A stretch of 64,000 nt of DNA from an uncultured delta proteobacterium (GTDB lineage: Bacteria; Myxococcota_A; Polyangia; Fen-1088), in NCBI GenBank assembly GCA_963796685.1, contig CAWCMR010000015.1, positions 32,001-96,000 on the forward strand, read 5' to 3'. The first letter of the stretch is position 1. Each line of letters starts with the position of its first letter. Below, one piece after another: positions 1 through 11,778 of the stretch. The notes beneath the pieces are model-generated. The model ran no database searches, was not told the DNA's origin, and worked only from the letters and a program-made list of their open reading frames with translations. The position numbers and the translations under genes were made by a program.

Positions 1-1283
1 TGGTGACGCTCAAGAAGCCTGCCTTCCTCGACGGGGATTTCAATCCCTTCTGGGACGAGGGTGACTTCAAGAAGGAATACCTCATCATCTCGGCGACGTA
101 TTCGATCAGCATCAACCAGTACGAGACCGGCGACGTGACCGAATCCGACGAGCCGTTCAGGGCGACCTATTCGCTCCTGGACAGCCAGTCGGCGTTTCGG
201 CCTCGAAGGAGCGCCACCAAGCCGAGGATTGAAGGACCGCAAACCGCGCTGGTCGTGGGACCGGGCGGCGAGGAGATTTACACCGACAAATTCGGGCGCG
301 TGAAGGTCCAGTTCGACTGGGACCGCCTCGGGAAGCACGACGAGAAGTCGTCGTGCTGGGTGCGCGTGGCCCAGGTCTGGGCGGGCAAGCAGTGGGGCGC
401 GATGCACCTTCCGCGCATCGGACACGAGGTGATGGTCGAATTCCTCGACGGGGATCCCGACCGTCCCATCATCACCGGCCGGGTCTACAACGCCGACAAC
501 ATGCCGCCCTACACGCTGCCCGACAACAAGACCCAAAGCGGGATCAAGAGCCGCAGCAGCAAGGGCGGCTCGGCCAGCAACTTCAACGAGCTGCGCTTCG
601 AAGATTCGAAGGGCAAGGAAGAGGTCTACCTTCAGGCCGAGAAAGACTTGAACATCCTGGTCAAGAACGACGAGTCGCGCCTGGTCGGGCACGACCGGAT
701 GAAAGAGGTCAAGAACGATGAGACGTCGACCATCAAGGGAAATCGGACCGAGGAAGTCGGCAAGGACGAGACCATCACGATCCATGGCAATCGCAGCGAG
801 ACCGTGGACAAGGACGAGTCCATCACCATCGCGGGTGCGCGGACCGAATCCGTGAGCAAGAGCGAGAGTATTTCGATCGGCGGTACACGCTCGCTAGCCG
901 TTGGCATGAGCGAGGATGTTGCGATCGGGGCTGCACGCAGCGAGGCAGTCGGCGGGGCGCACACCCTGACCGTCGGCAGGAACCAAACCATCTCCATCTC
1001 GGCCGCACGTCAAGTGGACGTCGGCAAAGCCGACGAGCTGACGGTCGGGGCTGGCCGGAAGACGACCATCACCGGGGACGATCTGGTCACGGTTAGCAAG
1101 AAGATCCTGTTCGACGGCGGCGACGAGATCATGCTCAAGAGCGGCGACGCGAGCATCACCCTGAAGAAGGACGGCACCATCATCCTGAAGGGCAAGGACG
1201 TCTCGATCACGGCATCCGGGAAGATCAACGCCAAGGCCTCGGGAGACGTCATCATCAAGGGCAGCAAGGTCAGCAAGAACTGA
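1..1283 (+). CDS. vgrG: T6SS spike protein VgrG/TssI (5'-truncated by the window edge)
   Basis: GPQTALVVG..EEIYTDKFGRVKVQFDWDR, SCWVRVAQVWAG..WG...PRIGHEVMVEFLDGDPDRP and NELRFED.KGKEEVYLQAEKD motifs; gp5-type 8-residue beta-helix repeats; no C-terminal effector extension. Confidence 0.97.
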   Translation, partial: VTLKKPAFLDGDFNPFWDEGDFKKEYLIISATYSISINQYETGDVTESDEPFRATYSLLDSQSAFRPRRSATKPRIEGPQTALVVGPGGEEIYTDKFGRVKVQFDWDRLGKHDEKSSCWVRVAQVWAGKQWGAMHLPRIGHEVMVEFLDGDPDRPIITGRVYNADNMPPYTLPDNKTQSGIKSRSSKGGSASNFNELRFEDSKGKEEVYLQAEKDLNILVKNDESRLVGHDRMKEVKNDETSTIKGNRTEEVGKDETITIHGNRSETVDKDESITIAGARTESVSKSESISIGGTRSLAVGMSEDVAIGAARSEAVGGAHTLTVGRNQTISISAARQVDVGKADELTVGAGRKTTITGDDLVTVSKKILFDGGDEIMLKSGDASITLKKDGTIILKGKDVSITASGKINAKASGDVIIKGSKVSKN

Positions 1284-1342
1284 GTGAAGAACCGGAGGCG
1301 GTGCGTTGGGGCAGGCCGGCGGCCGTGCTACGGTCGTTCGCA

Positions 1343-2566
1343 TCAGAGACTACCCAGCGTCGTGCACGGGCCTAGGGGCGGCGAGAGCGTTCCGCCGAGC
1401 GTCGCTTGCGAAGGCTTCGCGCTAATGCGAATGCGGCCAACCGCGCCGCCGCCACCGCCGGAGGTGGACGCCGCCTGCGTTTGGCCGGGCTGGCCGTCGA
1501 TGGTCGCGCCCGCCGCACCCGCGCCGCCGGCCGCCTTCGTCGTCATGTTGCTGGTACCGCCAGGTGCCGGCTGCGCGTCACCGGTGGCGTCGGCCCCTGC
1601 CGTCGTGCCGCCCCCGCCGCCGCCGTTTGCGGCGAGCGTTCCAGTGACGTTCACGCTCATGCCCTGAAGGAGCAGTGAGCCTCCGCTGCCGCCGCCGCTC
1701 GCCTGCTGAGAGACTTGGTTCGACGAGTCGTATACGCCGCTGCCGCTGCCGCCCTCTCCGCCGACATTGATCAGGCCCGATACCTGGAGCGCGCCGCACG
1801 CGCTGAGCTGGATCGCGCCGCCGCCGTTGCCGCCACGGCCGACGCCGCCCTCTCCGCCGCTCGATCCCGCGACCAAGGGAACGAGCGCTGCGGTTCCCCA
1901 GCTCGCCCCGCCCTTCGACGCGCTTCCCGAGAGCGACGCCCCGTTACCACCGACGCCGCAGTATCCGGCGCCGCCCGCCGACGTCAGGAGGCTCCCGGCC
2001 CCGCCGCCGCCCGGGCCCGAGCCCGGCTGGTTGTCATGATCCGGTTGCTGATATGCGCCCGGTCCCTTGGCATAGATGGTGCTCGACGCGGAGTTCCCGC
2101 GTAGCGTGCCTTCGATGACGATATCCCCGAGCGCGACGATGACGAGGGCGTCCGCGCCCTCCGCCCTCGCGGTCACTCCCGGTGGGATGGTCAGCGACTT
2201 GACCGCAAAGACACCGAGATTGGGGCCGTTCGTCTGCGGGATCTCTTGGTAGGTATACCTGCCCGTGCCGACAAGGACCCCGCCGAGGTCTGTCTCAATC
2301 GTCTGATCGTGGGTGAGCACGACGTCCTCGACACCGGTGAAGTCAATGGTCGACAGGTCGATGTTCGACGGCAGGTATGAGCACGGCCCACTGCCCGCTT
2401 CGGACCCCGCGTCGAGTTGGGCAGTGTCGGAGGGCCCCGAGTCGTCCGCGTCTCCGCTGCTGATGACGGCCCCCGCGTCGGCCCCGGGCGTACCTCCCTC
2501 CCCGCCGCCACCGCACGCCGAGACCACGGCAGAAAGGCAAACTAAGCTGAAGATGAGATATCTCAT
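1343..2566 (-). CDS. Gly-rich myxobacterial lipoprotein
   Basis: Signal peptide with lipobox VVSAC, DAG-rich linker, repeated GGGGG-x-I-x-I and GGGSGG segments. Confidence 0.7.
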   Translation of the reverse strand: MRYLIFSLVCLSAVVSACGGGGEGGTPGADAGAVISSGDADDSGPSDTAQLDAGSEAGSGPCSYLPSNIDLSTIDFTGVEDVVLTHDQTIETDLGGVLVGTGRYTYQEIPQTNGPNLGVFAVKSLTIPPGVTARAEGADALVIVALGDIVIEGTLRGNSASSTIYAKGPGAYQQPDHDNQPGSGPGGGGAGSLLTSAGGAGYCGVGGNGASLSGSASKGGASWGTAALVPLVAGSSGGEGGVGRGGNGGGAIQLSACGALQVSGLINVGGEGGSGSGVYDSSNQVSQQASGGGSGGSLLLQGMSVNVTGTLAANGGGGGGTTAGADATGDAQPAPGGTSNMTTKAAGGAGAAGATIDGQPGQTQAASTSGGGGGAVGRIRISAKPSQATLGGTLSPPLGPCTTLGSL

Positions 2567-2716
2567 GTGGCCCTGCCCTCGTCCACCGTGGTGAACGGAC
2601 GAATGGATGGATGCTCTTTCGGCGTTTAGGATCCGCGCTCCTGGCCGGCTCTTTTGTTTACGACGCTGTAAAGACGGGGCTCACAGTGAGCGGGCCTCGC
2701 CGCCGCCAGGCGGGGA

Positions 2717-3734
2717 TCATGGGCAAGGTGTGGGATGCTCGAGGAGGTGCGAGTACCGAGCCAAAAGCTCGGCCTTCTGGCGTACGCCCAGTCGGCGCAT
2801 GGCCCGCGCGAGCAGCACCCCGGCGGTCGAGGTCGAGATGCCGAGCTGCGTATCCGATCTCCTTGTTGGCACGCCCGAGCAACGCCAGCCCCATCACTTG
2901 CCGCTCGCGCTCGGTCAAGAGATCCAGGGGGAGACCGTCGGGGGAGTTTCGCGCGGCCACCAGGTAGCGCTTTCCGTCGCTCTCGAAGCAGTCGACCAGA
3001 GACCAACGTTGGTCGACCAAGGCCCGCCACCGGGAGATGGCGCGCAAGGGGTCGCGGCGTCGTTCGACACCGCGAGCGCGCTCGACGGCGAGCGCACCGT
3101 CGCGCAAAAGCTCGCGGGCCTGCTTCAGCTTGGCGACGCGTTCCGCGTGCAGCATGCGCCCGGCGGGCGCAATCACCGCGCTGGACAGACCCGCATCGGC
3201 GACCCTCGCGCCGGCCAGTCGATCGAGCAGGCGCTGCGAAGCCGCGACGTGGGCGGCGACCCGCATGAAAAGCTGCTTCGTCGCGGCGGCGACGGGGCGA
3301 GGCTTATGGACGAGCAAGCAGACCATGCACCCGCGCCCGCCCGGGGACCGTCCGTTGATGCCGAGGACTTCGCCGATCCCGAAATCGCGCAGCGCCTGGG
3401 CGAGCGCCGGGTGGTGCTCCATCCCCGGGATCTCACGGCTGTAGCAGAAGACCGAGCCGAGGAGCCCATTGCGTGTCAGCTCGGGGTGCGCGTGCCAGTA
3501 GGGCGCCACCCGCCGGGTGAACAGCGCATCGAGCATCTCCTGCTCCACCCCAGCGCCGACGATGAGGCCGAACCTCACGTCCTCTGGGTTGGAAGCGTCG
3601 TAGAGTTGTACGAACGCGCCGAAGCAGGTGATGCCGGCGTTCTCCAACGTCGTGGTCGCGAGGTTGCGTGCCCATTCCCGCTCGTCGAGCTCGACCGAGG
3701 AGGCGGCTTCGAGAATGGCCACGACGTCGCGCAT
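2717..3734 (-). CDS. LuxR-family HTH transcriptional regulator (frameshift near 2849)
   Basis: LTERERQVMGLALLGRANKEIGY continues in another frame as LGISTSTAGVLLARAMRRLGV; RWSLVDCFESDGKRYLVA motif typical of myxobacterial LuxR proteins. Confidence 0.8.
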
Positions 3735-3791
3735 GCGGCAACCAGAATACCCTGCTGCTGTAGGCCCTGCCACGGCCAGCGATGAAGACGG

Positions 3792-3820
3792 AAGGCACGA
3801 GAAAGGTCAACGCGTGCCTT
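3792..3820. promoter_or_regulatory. Inverted repeat AAGGCACG-N13-CGTGCCTT, possible operator
   Basis: Perfect 8-bp arms between the divergent luxR and kinase genes. Confidence 0.3.
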
Positions 3821-3984
3821 ATGAATCCTTTCTCGAATGGCGTTCATCCAAAGCGCAGTTTAACTTTGCGCTCGCGTTGTAGTGGCGAGCGCAGCAGGGT
3901 TCCGGTGAAGGATAGGCATGGAAGAGATTGACGGTTACCGCGGGCTGATGCCCGACCGAAGCGCGGAAGGCAAGGGGGGCTGAC

Positions 3985-5469
<1,485 letters not shown>

Positions 5470-5484
5470 CCGAGGACGATCTGA

Positions 5485-6513
5485 GTGCACCGAGCTTGCC
5501 GACAAGTCGCAATTCATCTTTTCCCGATCCTTTTCATCTCAGCGCTCGCCTGGTCGGCGTCCGCTGGTGCCGCCGAGCCGGGGGCCGATTCGGCGAAGTC
5601 GCAAGCACAGGCCGCATTGCGAGAAGGGAACACGGCGCTGGAACAAGGCCGTGCCGGGGAAGCCCTGGCGAAGTTCACCGAGGCCTATCGACTGTTTCCC
5701 AGCCCCAAGATTCACTACAACCTCGGACAGGCGCACGGCTTGATTGCTGGGCACGAGGCCCAGGCCTATCAGGAAATGTCCCTCTTCCTGCTTGAAGCCA
5801 AGGACACCGATCCCAGTCTGCGTGGCGCGGCGGAGACCCTTCGCGCACGGCTCAGACCCAAGGTTGGTTTGGTGTCGGTCCTCGCGCAGCCGGCTGACGC
5901 GGATGTGGTGATCGACGGCATCGACGTGGGCCCACCCTCCCCGGGAATGCCCGCCGTTCTCGCCATCGGAACCCACCGTCTCTCGACCAGGAAGGGTGGG
6001 GCGGAATCGGCCGCGCAGACCATCACCATTGCCGGAGGCGAGTCGATGGACGTTCCTCTTCGATTGCTTTCGCCGACGGCTCCACTTCCGCCGCCGAATC
6101 CGGCGATCACTGGTGGCGCACAACCCGCGAACCTCGTGCAGACCGGAACCTCGCCGGCGAAGCACGACTTTTGGACCTGGCAGCACGAGGTGGGGACTGG
6201 GCTCGCGGTTCTGGGTGCGGCCAGCCTGGTGCTGGGCATCGTCGAGCACGTGAGCTACTTCGGAAAGGCGAACGACTTCAAGAACGCGGGGTGCGGAACG
6301 AACGACCTCTCGGTTGGGTCAGGGTGCAAGGGCCTGAACGATGACTTCCATTCGGCGCAAACATTGTTCGTGGTCGGGTACGTCGGGGCCGCGGTTCTGG
6401 GCGGGGCCGGCGCCTACTTCCTCTGGCTGACACCCACCGAGTCGGCCGACGCCGCGACCGGAGTTGCCTCGCTCGGCTCAGGGATGACCGTTAATGTCCA
6501 AGGACGGTTTTGA
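5485..6513 (+). CDS. TPR + PEGA-domain exported/membrane protein
   Basis: Signal peptide, TPR (ALAKFTEAYRLFPSPKIHYNLG), PEGA-like segment (QPADADVVIDG...GTHRL), C-terminal TM hairpin. Confidence 0.8.
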   Translation: MHRACRQVAIHLFPILFISALAWSASAGAAEPGADSAKSQAQAALREGNTALEQGRAGEALAKFTEAYRLFPSPKIHYNLGQAHGLIAGHEAQAYQEMSLFLLEAKDTDPSLRGAAETLRARLRPKVGLVSVLAQPADADVVIDGIDVGPPSPGMPAVLAIGTHRLSTRKGGAESAAQTITIAGGESMDVPLRLLSPTAPLPPPNPAITGGAQPANLVQTGTSPAKHDFWTWQHEVGTGLAVLGAASLVLGIVEHVSYFGKANDFKNAGCGTNDLSVGSGCKGLNDDFHSAQTLFVVGYVGAAVLGGAGAYFLWLTPTESADAATGVASLGSGMTVNVQGRF

Positions 6514-6521
6514 AGGCCAAC

Positions 6522-8035
6522 ATGACCAACATGATGACGAGGTTCGGATTCGCCATGACCAGCCTTTGCGCGACCGCTATCGCTTGCACGAGCCTTCCGA
6601 CGACACCTCGAGGGACGATCGACGCGGAGGCTGGTGGCGCCAGAGGAGAGGTAGGCTCACCTCGGGTGGATTCGAGCGAAGACTTCAATGGCGTGGATGC
6701 TGGGGCGATTGTCGACACCAGCAGCAAGGACAGCGCGGAGGGAGGCGTGCCTGACGCGCCCCTTGGCACCGGCGGAATTATAGATAGTGGCGCAAGGGAA
6801 GACGGCCCCGGCGGTTCGCGCGACGTCCGTGCATTGGACAGCCCGCTCGGCGGCGGGGGGGATCCGACGCGGCGGCGTCGGACGCAAGGGTCGATACCGG
6901 CGAGCCAACTGCATCGGGCGGTACGATAGGGACAGGCGGAATCATCAGCACGGGCGGGATCGTAGGCACGGGCGGGATCGTAGGCACGGGCGGAATCGTA
7001 GGCACGGGTGGAATCGTAGGCACGGGTGGAATCGTAGGCACGGGCGGTTCCGGAGGTACGGCCGATGCCGGATGTGCGCCGGAGAGCGACGCGCAGTTTT
7101 GCGCGCGCGTTGGAAAGAGCTGCGAAATGGTCAGTGGAACGGACAATTGTGGCGCGTCACGCAGTGCCAATTGCGGCACTTGCCCTACGGGGATGGGATG
7201 TGTCGTCAATGTCTGCCAGACGCCAGTCTGTACCACGTTCAATTACCAGGCGGTTGCGTTCGCTCCCTTCAGCCGGTCCAACGCGGAAGACGACGTCATC
7301 GCGGCCAGCGAGAGCGGACAGACCATTGCCTACGTACAAGCGCCCGCCGGCGGTTGCGGCAGCTACGCTGTCTTATTGGCCGACGAGACAGCACCTGACA
7401 GCGGCGTCTACACCTCACGGGACATCACCAGTTGGTTAGTGGCCAATAGTATGTTCAAGGGAACCGGCGAGATGGCGGGATTGTCAGGTGACGGCCTCAC
7501 TCTCATTGGATTCTCCTCCGACCAGACCGCCATCGAGTCGGCGAAACGCTCTGCCTTACAGCTCATCGACTTCGGCTCGCCGACCACCGCGGACTTCGTG
7601 ACCATCAACGGCTTCGTCGCAGGCACGGCCGGAAAGTTTCGCGCCCCGCAGATCTCCGCAGACGGCCTCGAGCTGTACGTCACCATCAACGGAATTAGCA
7701 CGGCTGCCGACGGAATTTACCGCTCGGTCCGCAGCTCGACGAGTGTCCCCTTCCCCGGTCCGCAGCGGGTTGCCGTACTCACCTCCGACTATGAGTTCGT
7801 CACCGGAATCTCCTCTGATCGGCTGACGCTGTTCGTGTTCAAAGGGTTCGGCGGATTCATCTTCTCGCGCATGAGCACCAGCGCCGAGTTCGCCAACCCC
7901 AACGCGCCTAGCGCGCCGCCGTCGATAGGGGGATGGGAGCACAAGCCGTTCGGGGACTGCCGAACCCTGGTAGGGATAGGTTCGACCGCCGGGGGCTGCA
8001 AAAACGAGGATGTCTATTTCTTCTATCGACAGTAA
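6522..8035 (+). CDS. Lipoprotein with GTGGIV repeats, Cys-rich module and TolB/PD40-like C-terminus (frameshift in the G7 run at 6855-6861)
   Basis: Lipobox ATAIAC; the reading continues in the frame of ORF 7127-8035 after the G run; APQISADGLELY and ISSDRLTLF propeller-like repeats. Confidence 0.7.
6929..7048 (+). repeat. 18-bp coding tandem repeat (about 6.5 copies of GGCACGGGYGGRATCGTA, encoding GTGGIV)
   Basis: Directly visible tandem array. Confidence 0.9.
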
Positions 8036-8061
8036 CCTGCACCTGCGGGCCGCAGAAGCTC

Positions 8062-8120
8062 GGTACCAGGTCGGACGATGCTCCGAACTTGTCGTCGCGG
8101 TCACGCAGCAGGATCTTCGG
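8062..8120 (-). mobile_element. Remnant of an integrase-core (rve-type) IS transposase
   Basis: Minus-strand translation PKILLRDRDDKFGASSDLV resembles the LIRDRDxKFGxxFD motif of integrase-core transposases; no intact ORF. Confidence 0.45.
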
Positions 8121-8300
8121 AGATCTTGGCTGGACCGACTGCGCAGTCATCAAGGTTGGACTGAAAGCTGGTTTCGATGCGCAAGGAATCACAACCGCGC
8201 GAACGTCAGAAGCGATAGCCGACTGCCATTCGTGCCTGCGGCAGAATGCGCCACTTGTAGGCCTGATAGTCCTGGGCGTGGCACGGATAGTCGGGACGCC

Positions 8301-8524
8301 CGGAGGTTCTTCACGGGACAAGCCAAAGCCCACCGCGTTTCATCGAGCTGAAGCTGGCCTCGGGCATGGTTGCCGCCCACTGGGGAAAGGATCTCCTGGA
8401 CACCCAGGTGCTCATCAAGAGCGCGGGCCTGCCGGCGAGCGCGGTGGATGACCTTCACCCCTGGGTGCGCGGAAAGTTCCTGGAGTTGTGGCAGCTCGCG
8501 CAGGTTACCGATTCTTTCTGAGAG
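8301..8524 (+). pseudogene. Heavily deleted copy of the nucleotidyltransferase-like gene at 9211-9650
   Basis: 8335-8524 aligns colinearly with 9464-9653 (RFIELKLASGM..HPWVRGKFLELWQLAQ); 8302-8330 matches 9211-9240. Confidence 0.75.
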
Positions 8525-8535
8525 GCATCGCCGTG

Positions 8536-8799
8536 CTACTCATAGTGCGTCCACATCCGCTCGACGAAAACCCGCCGCGTCCGCTGGTCGACGCGGTACA
8601 CAAGACGGTGCTGTATGTTGATTCGCCTGGAGAAGAAACCATCGAGCTCGCCGACCAGCTTTTGGTAGGGCGGTGGCGTCTCGAAGGGATCACGTTCCAG
8701 GATATCGAGAAGCGCGTCAGCCTTGGTGCGCAGGTGTGAACGCTGCAGCTTCACCGCGTCCTTGCGGGCGGCCTTACTGAAGTAGACTTGCCACGCCAC
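8536..8799 (-). CDS. yoeB: Txe/YoeB-family mRNase toxin
   Basis: PPYQKLVGELDGFFSRRINIQHRLVY..MWTHYE signature. Confidence 0.93.
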   Translation of the reverse strand: MAWQVYFSKAARKDAVKLQRSHLRTKADALLDILERDPFETPPPYQKLVGELDGFFSRRINIQHRLVYRVDQRTRRVFVERMWTHYE

Positions 8800-8802
8800 G
8801 GA

Positions 8803-9045
8803 TTACCAAAGTCGGGCTTTTGAGTAGGCCTTGAGGGGTGCCTTCCTGGCCTTGCGCAAGGACGCCTTCATTCCAGGTACGCTGAGCAGGTAGAGAGTCT
8901 CCTGCATGGCGCGAAAGTCATCTTCCGAAAGCAGCACGCCGTTCTGCCGGCGCCCGGTGATTTGGATGGGTTCGTGCGACTGGGCCGTCTGATCGAGCAG
9001 CTTGAACAGGTTGGCTCGGGCTTGGGTAACAGTGATGCTGGTCAT
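8803..9045 (-). CDS. yefM: Phd/YefM-family antitoxin
   Basis: MTSITVTQARANLFKLLDQ..HEPIQITG...VLLSEDDFRAMQETLYLLS; AAGGA RBS; immediately upstream of the toxin. Confidence 0.92.
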   Translation of the reverse strand: MTSITVTQARANLFKLLDQTAQSHEPIQITGRRQNGVLLSEDDFRAMQETLYLLSVPGMKASLRKARKAPLKAYSKARLW

Positions 9046-9066
9046 GTTTGCGTCCTTGACTGAAAG

Positions 9067-9084
9067 CGTACAGGATGCCGTACG
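9067..9084. promoter_or_regulatory. Putative YefM operator (two GTAC-cored hexamers 12 bp apart)
   Basis: CGTACA at 9067-9072 and CGTACG at 9079-9084, about 22 nt upstream of yefM; resembles the paired TGTACA cores of yefM-yoeB operators. Confidence 0.6.
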
Positions 9085-9210
9085 TTGGAGCAAGACCCAA
9101 GGGCCCCGCAGGTCCCCCGGACAGTCGTGGTGTCCTCCATCCGGTGACGTTGCGCGCACGCACTTTCGGCGGAGGCGGAGGCCCGGTTCGTCGACGGAGT
9201 TGACTACTGC

Positions 9211-9650
9211 GGGAGGTTCTTCATGGGACAAGCAGAAGCGCAGCTCGCACTTTACCAGCTGGCCGCCCTGGGTTGCCCTACGCCATCATCGGCGCATTTG
9301 CGCTCAATGAATACGGCCACAAGCGGGTCACCGTCGGCGTCGATCTCGTTAGGCATGAAGAGCATCTGTCCGAATTCAAGCGCAAGCATCTCGGCACCGG
9401 CTACGCGGAACGTGTTCCTGGGACAGCCCTGCGCGGGGAGCGTTTCTCGCTTTTGCCCATGGCGCGTTTCATCGAGCTGAAGCTGGCCTCGGGCATGGTT
9501 GCCGCCCACCGTGGAAAGGATCTCGTGGATGTCCAGGAGCTGATCAAGAGCGCGGGCCTGCCCGCGAGCACGGCGGATGACCTTCACCCCTGGGTGCGTG
9601 GAAAGTTCCTTGAGCTGTGGCAGCTCGCGCAGGTTGACGATCCGTTCTGA
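9211..9650 (+). pseudogene. Decayed nucleotidyltransferase-fold gene
   Basis: LPYAIIGAFALNEYGHKRVTVGVDL (NTase-like motif with DxD degenerated to GVD) and IELKLASG..KDLVDVQEL; N-terminal frameshift near 9268 and an apparent internal deletion. Confidence 0.6.
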
Positions 9651-9946
9651 GAGCGCATTCCCATTTGGGCTCCATAGCCTACGCCGCCGAGCGGGCCGCC
9701 GACGGCGTTGAGCGAGAATTCGAGGGGTACCGGAAGCCCTGAGCCGCGGCCGGGCACGCCTGGGCAAGGCAGCGTCATGCATTGGACGATGCAGCAAAGG
9801 GTTGCGCGAAGAAATACCGTTGGTTGGTGTAGGCACACTATTGACGCGAATCTCAATCAAGTTTCTGATTGGGAGCAGCGAGCAAACGCGCAGGGCCCAT
9901 CATAGCGAGCCTCGGCCTGGCGACGACGTGATATAGAAGGTTTTCG

Positions 9947-11011
9947 ATGCCGAGCACATCGGTGGTGGTATCAGCGGTCGGATGTCACACGAGCATGTCC
10001 CATGCTTCGGTTTCGTTTGCGGGTGGACGCGCGGGCCTGTCGCGGGGATCTTCCCTAAGCAATATCAGCTATCGGAACCAAAACGGGGATACCGAAGCCG
10101 TCCTAGGTCACGCCGCGGCAAGCCTACTCGGCCACCAAGGATGGGTGCGTTGGTTGTCCCTGGCTCTGCTCGGCCTAGAGGACCTGCTTGCAAAGGTGGA
10201 TCAACAGCACACCGGTCCACTAAGACTTTTTCTGTGCCTGCCGTCCGTCGATCTCTACCCCCGACCGATTGCTCCTTTGCCACCCCCGAGGCACCTCTCG
10301 CCGCTGCTGACGAGCAAGCTTCTGTCATTATGTCGGTATGGGACCTTGCTGGATCCAGCCGTCACAACCTCCTATGGCTGGCCAGGGTTCGTGACAAGTT
10401 TGAATCAAGCTCTGGACCTCCTCGGCCGAGGTGGAGCATGTGCATGTATCATTGGCGCAGTTGACAGCTACGTCGACAGCGATAGTCTGCGGTGGTTGGC
10501 ATTGAACGGTAGATTGAAGACAAGTGACGCCCCCTGTAACCTGCAACCAGGTGAGGGTGCAGCGTTCCTATTGTTGCGACGTGCCGAGCAGCTTGCCGAA
10601 TCAGAGAAGAGATCCTCTCTGAGGCTCGGCTCGGTTGTCTCCGCACGCGAGCCAGATCCCACACGGCCCCAAGGCATCGGATTCAGCAAGTCCGCCGTTG
10701 AGGCGGTCTCTAGGAGCGGACTCCCTCTACAGAAGCCCTGGCTTATTTCAGACCACAACGGCGAGCCCGCTCGCGCCGAGGATTGTGGTCACTTGCTTGC
10801 GCGGCTTCGAACCGTTTGGCCGACCGTCAACAATATGCCAACGGACATGCCTGCCGTGGCATTCGGCGATTGCGGTCTCGCTCGAGGCTTGCTTGGCGCA
10901 GGTTGGGCGCTTTGCGCCCATCAGCGTGGCTGGTTTAGGGGAGATGGAGCGCTCGTGCTTGCGACAGGCGACGGTGATGAACGTATCACTATTTTCCTAG
11001 GACGTGTTTGA
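9947..11011 (+). CDS. T6SS-associated beta-ketoacyl-synthase/thiolase-like adaptor (probably non-catalytic)
   Basis: CIIGAVDSYVD, PGEGAAFLLL, SDHNGE and PAVAFGDCG motifs typical of KS-like genes in DUF2169/PAAR loci; no TAC/SAC catalytic motif. Confidence 0.75.
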   Translation: MPSTSVVVSAVGCHTSMSHASVSFAGGRAGLSRGSSLSNISYRNQNGDTEAVLGHAAASLLGHQGWVRWLSLALLGLEDLLAKVDQQHTGPLRLFLCLPSVDLYPRPIAPLPPPRHLSPLLTSKLLSLCRYGTLLDPAVTTSYGWPGFVTSLNQALDLLGRGGACACIIGAVDSYVDSDSLRWLALNGRLKTSDAPCNLQPGEGAAFLLLRRAEQLAESEKRSSLRLGSVVSAREPDPTRPQGIGFSKSAVEAVSRSGLPLQKPWLISDHNGEPARAEDCGHLLARLRTVWPTVNNMPTDMPAVAFGDCGLARGLLGAGWALCAHQRGWFRGDGALVLATGDGDERITIFLGRV

Positions 11012-11777
11012 GATGCCACAGGAAGGACACTTCAACGGGCAAGGCGAGTGCCACATCCACACCGCGCGCGGCGGTGACACTGGAAAGTGTCAGAACGCCA
11101 GCGGTCCGAATGGGTGCGACTACAGGAAGAACGGCGGGGTTGCCGCTTTCTCACCTAGTGAGTCTCACCATGCGCTCTGCGTATCGAGCGCGATAGCTTA
11201 CCAAACGGATATCAGCTACACGATGACAGAATGCGAAACAATAGACGGTGCCTATCGGAATACCAAGTGGTGCATCAATCAAACACCGAACCTGATCAAT
11301 CTGCCGCTGAAGGCCACCTACACACCGCGGCTCAATGACGGGCTCAACCTGCCCTGTCACAACTGGGACCACAATTGTTTGGGTGGGTATACAAGCGAGG
11401 TGACAAAGGCATTGAAACGGGTGTGGAATGCGATCAAAGGCCAGAAGCGTGACCAATCCGAGAAGCATGCGACCCCGGCCGACGTGCAAGCGGACTTACA
11501 GTCGATCGCCGACGAATACAAGGATGTTCTAATGCTTCGTGGAAAACGCATGGGAGGCACGGCAAAGGGGTTCGCCATCTACGACGTACTCCCCTCGAAG
11601 TACGGAACAGATCGCAGCAAATGGCCACATCCGATGAAGCCAGAAGATTACTGGTGGTTACCCTTTTCGATGGCCAGGACTCCGATTGCTGGAGCCCGCC
11701 CAGTTGCGACGTTCGGAGGTCGGCCTCGTTGGAGACAGGCTTTGAAGCAGAGCTTGCAGGCGAAAGGAGCAATTTGA
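11004..11777 (+). CDS. AHH-family (HNH/EndoVII) nuclease toxin (alternative ATG start at 11013)
   Basis: ESHHALC, WCINQTPNLINLP and NLPCHNWDH..GYTSEV motifs; followed by immunity genes. Confidence 0.8.
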   Translation: MFEMPQEGHFNGQGECHIHTARGGDTGKCQNASGPNGCDYRKNGGVAAFSPSESHHALCVSSAIAYQTDISYTMTECETIDGAYRNTKWCINQTPNLINLPLKATYTPRLNDGLNLPCHNWDHNCLGGYTSEVTKALKRVWNAIKGQKRDQSEKHATPADVQADLQSIADEYKDVLMLRGKRMGGTAKGFAIYDVLPSKYGTDRSKWPHPMKPEDYWWLPFSMARTPIAGARPVATFGGRPRWRQALKQSLQAKGAI

Positions 11778-11778
11778 G

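Noticed and set aside
9947-11011. Polyketide or fatty-acid biosynthetic gene
   Set aside because: It lacks the KS catalytic motifs seen in fabF, has no ACP or AT neighbours, and its context is a T6SS toxin cassette.
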